Shown here piece after piece: positions 62,792-64,000 of a stretch of 64,000 nt of DNA; position 1 is the first letter of the stretch, and every line of letters begins with the position of its first letter. Source of the stretch: Octopus vulgaris (taxonomy: Eukaryota); NCBI GenBank assembly GCA_951406725.2, contig OX597825.1:47740001-47804000 (forward strand). Reading direction: 5' to 3'. The position numbers were made by a program, and so were the translations under genes. Under the pieces are notes generated by a model, which saw only the letters and a list, made by a program, of their open reading frames with translations, was not told the DNA's origin and searched no databases.

Positions 62792-64000
62792 GATAAAAAT
62801 TGAATGTTTCCTGTGATGATTACTTCACTTTCTCCTCGCACTAATTATCAAACAAAAACTATTTTTCTTAAGCAGAGTTATAAATGAATGTATGTAAACT
62901 TATGCGCGCACGTGTAAGTATGTCTGTATGCATAAATATATGTATATTTACAGAGATATTTAAAGACATTTTACATTATTGTTGTAGCAATAACTAGTCC
63001 CCAGCTGAAAATATGTATTTTTCTTCAATTTACCAATTACTGCAAGGCATCTGTGTGGCACCACGTCACATGAATTATCTGTAGTTTCTTCGAATTCTTC
63101 TTGGCCTACATTTATAAGAACTACGTCTAAAATGTAACAACTGGCACAAGAAAATGTGGAGTTCGGAGTGTTTTATCACCTTCATAACACCCCTATAAAA
63201 CACTTGACGAGTGGGCGGGATTGTGCCGGTGGATCAGATCAACTCTCTAGTGTTGATCCTCTGCAGTCTGTAAATATTTTAATAAGATTTTGTTGAAGGC
63301 GATTCAATAAAATGTGGCACGTTAGATATGACACGTTAAACGTAATCCTTTAAAATGACACGGAATTGAAATGTTTATCCCGTATTTCAAGTATTTCATA
63401 ATTGAAAAATATATTTCCCATTTTTCTTTATTCGAAAACCTAATGTGATCAGCCCATTGCTTTTTCCGGGAAAATATTGGTACTACTTCATTCTATACAA
63501 TGTACGGTAATTTCAAAAGTATTTTGCTAGACGGAGATCTCTGCGAGTATACAGATGTCAATCGTGCTACACTTATCTCAAGCGATTCCCTACACCAACA
63601 CTGAATCATTTAATCAGCTTTTTACTTAGTAACATTCCTATGTATTTCAGTACACTCCTTCATCTCGCCGTTAAGCAGTATTCAACAGAAATATGGTTCA
63701 ATTCTCGTAGAAGTCCCTATCCACATTTAGCCGTCTTATATTGTGCTTCTGAATTTACTTACATCTTAAATGTTTATATTATACTTTGTAACAAAGTTTT
63801 TCGCTTTCTTTTCTTTTTATCTTTGGTCAGTAAGTGTTATTTCCAATTTGCTTCTATCTAGAAATCAAAGGAAACGAGTACTATTCCCTTCAAACTTTTG
63901 TGACCTGGACATCGATGTTTTGAAACTGACCTATTTTCCATTACGTGTCAGATATATTCAGTGCTGAGTTGCTGAAGTAGAAATATCATTTTAACAAATA

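Noticed and set aside
63055-63265. Promoter-like motifs (CACGTCA, GGGCGGG) and a small GATCAAC/GTTGATC hairpin
   Set aside because: Short motifs expected by chance; no linked gene or transcript evidence in the window

Overview
This is AT-rich, microsatellite-dense eukaryotic DNA with no recognisable intact host gene. The SINE and microsatellite content resembles an octopus (coleoid cephalopod) genome, which is an inference from pattern recall. Most of the window is decayed transposons. The dominant component is a colony of R4/Dong-clade non-LTR retrotransposons (Myb-like N-terminus, RT, CCHC knuckle, PD-(D/E)xK restriction-like endonuclease, REL). At least six distinguishable families (my labels A, B, C, E, F, G) sit in or beside (AAT)n tracts in a fixed orientation, and a seventh (D) is associated with (CATA)n instead. 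Also present are L1/Tx1-like, RTE-like, three Penelope-like (GIY-YIG) and mariner remnants, three tRNA-derived SINE types, fold-back elements and several degenerate hammerhead-like motifs. The most notable observations are: (1) microsatellite targeting with a possible switch to a tetranucleotide target; (2) a shared GGACGT (DPE-like) motif at the 5' edge of two families; (3) a family A 5' region carrying its own target repeat; (4) an in-frame variable poly-Glu in family B; (5) a hammerhead-like fold with a very long stem II next to a Penelope-like element. Coordinates were read by eye and boundaries are approximate.
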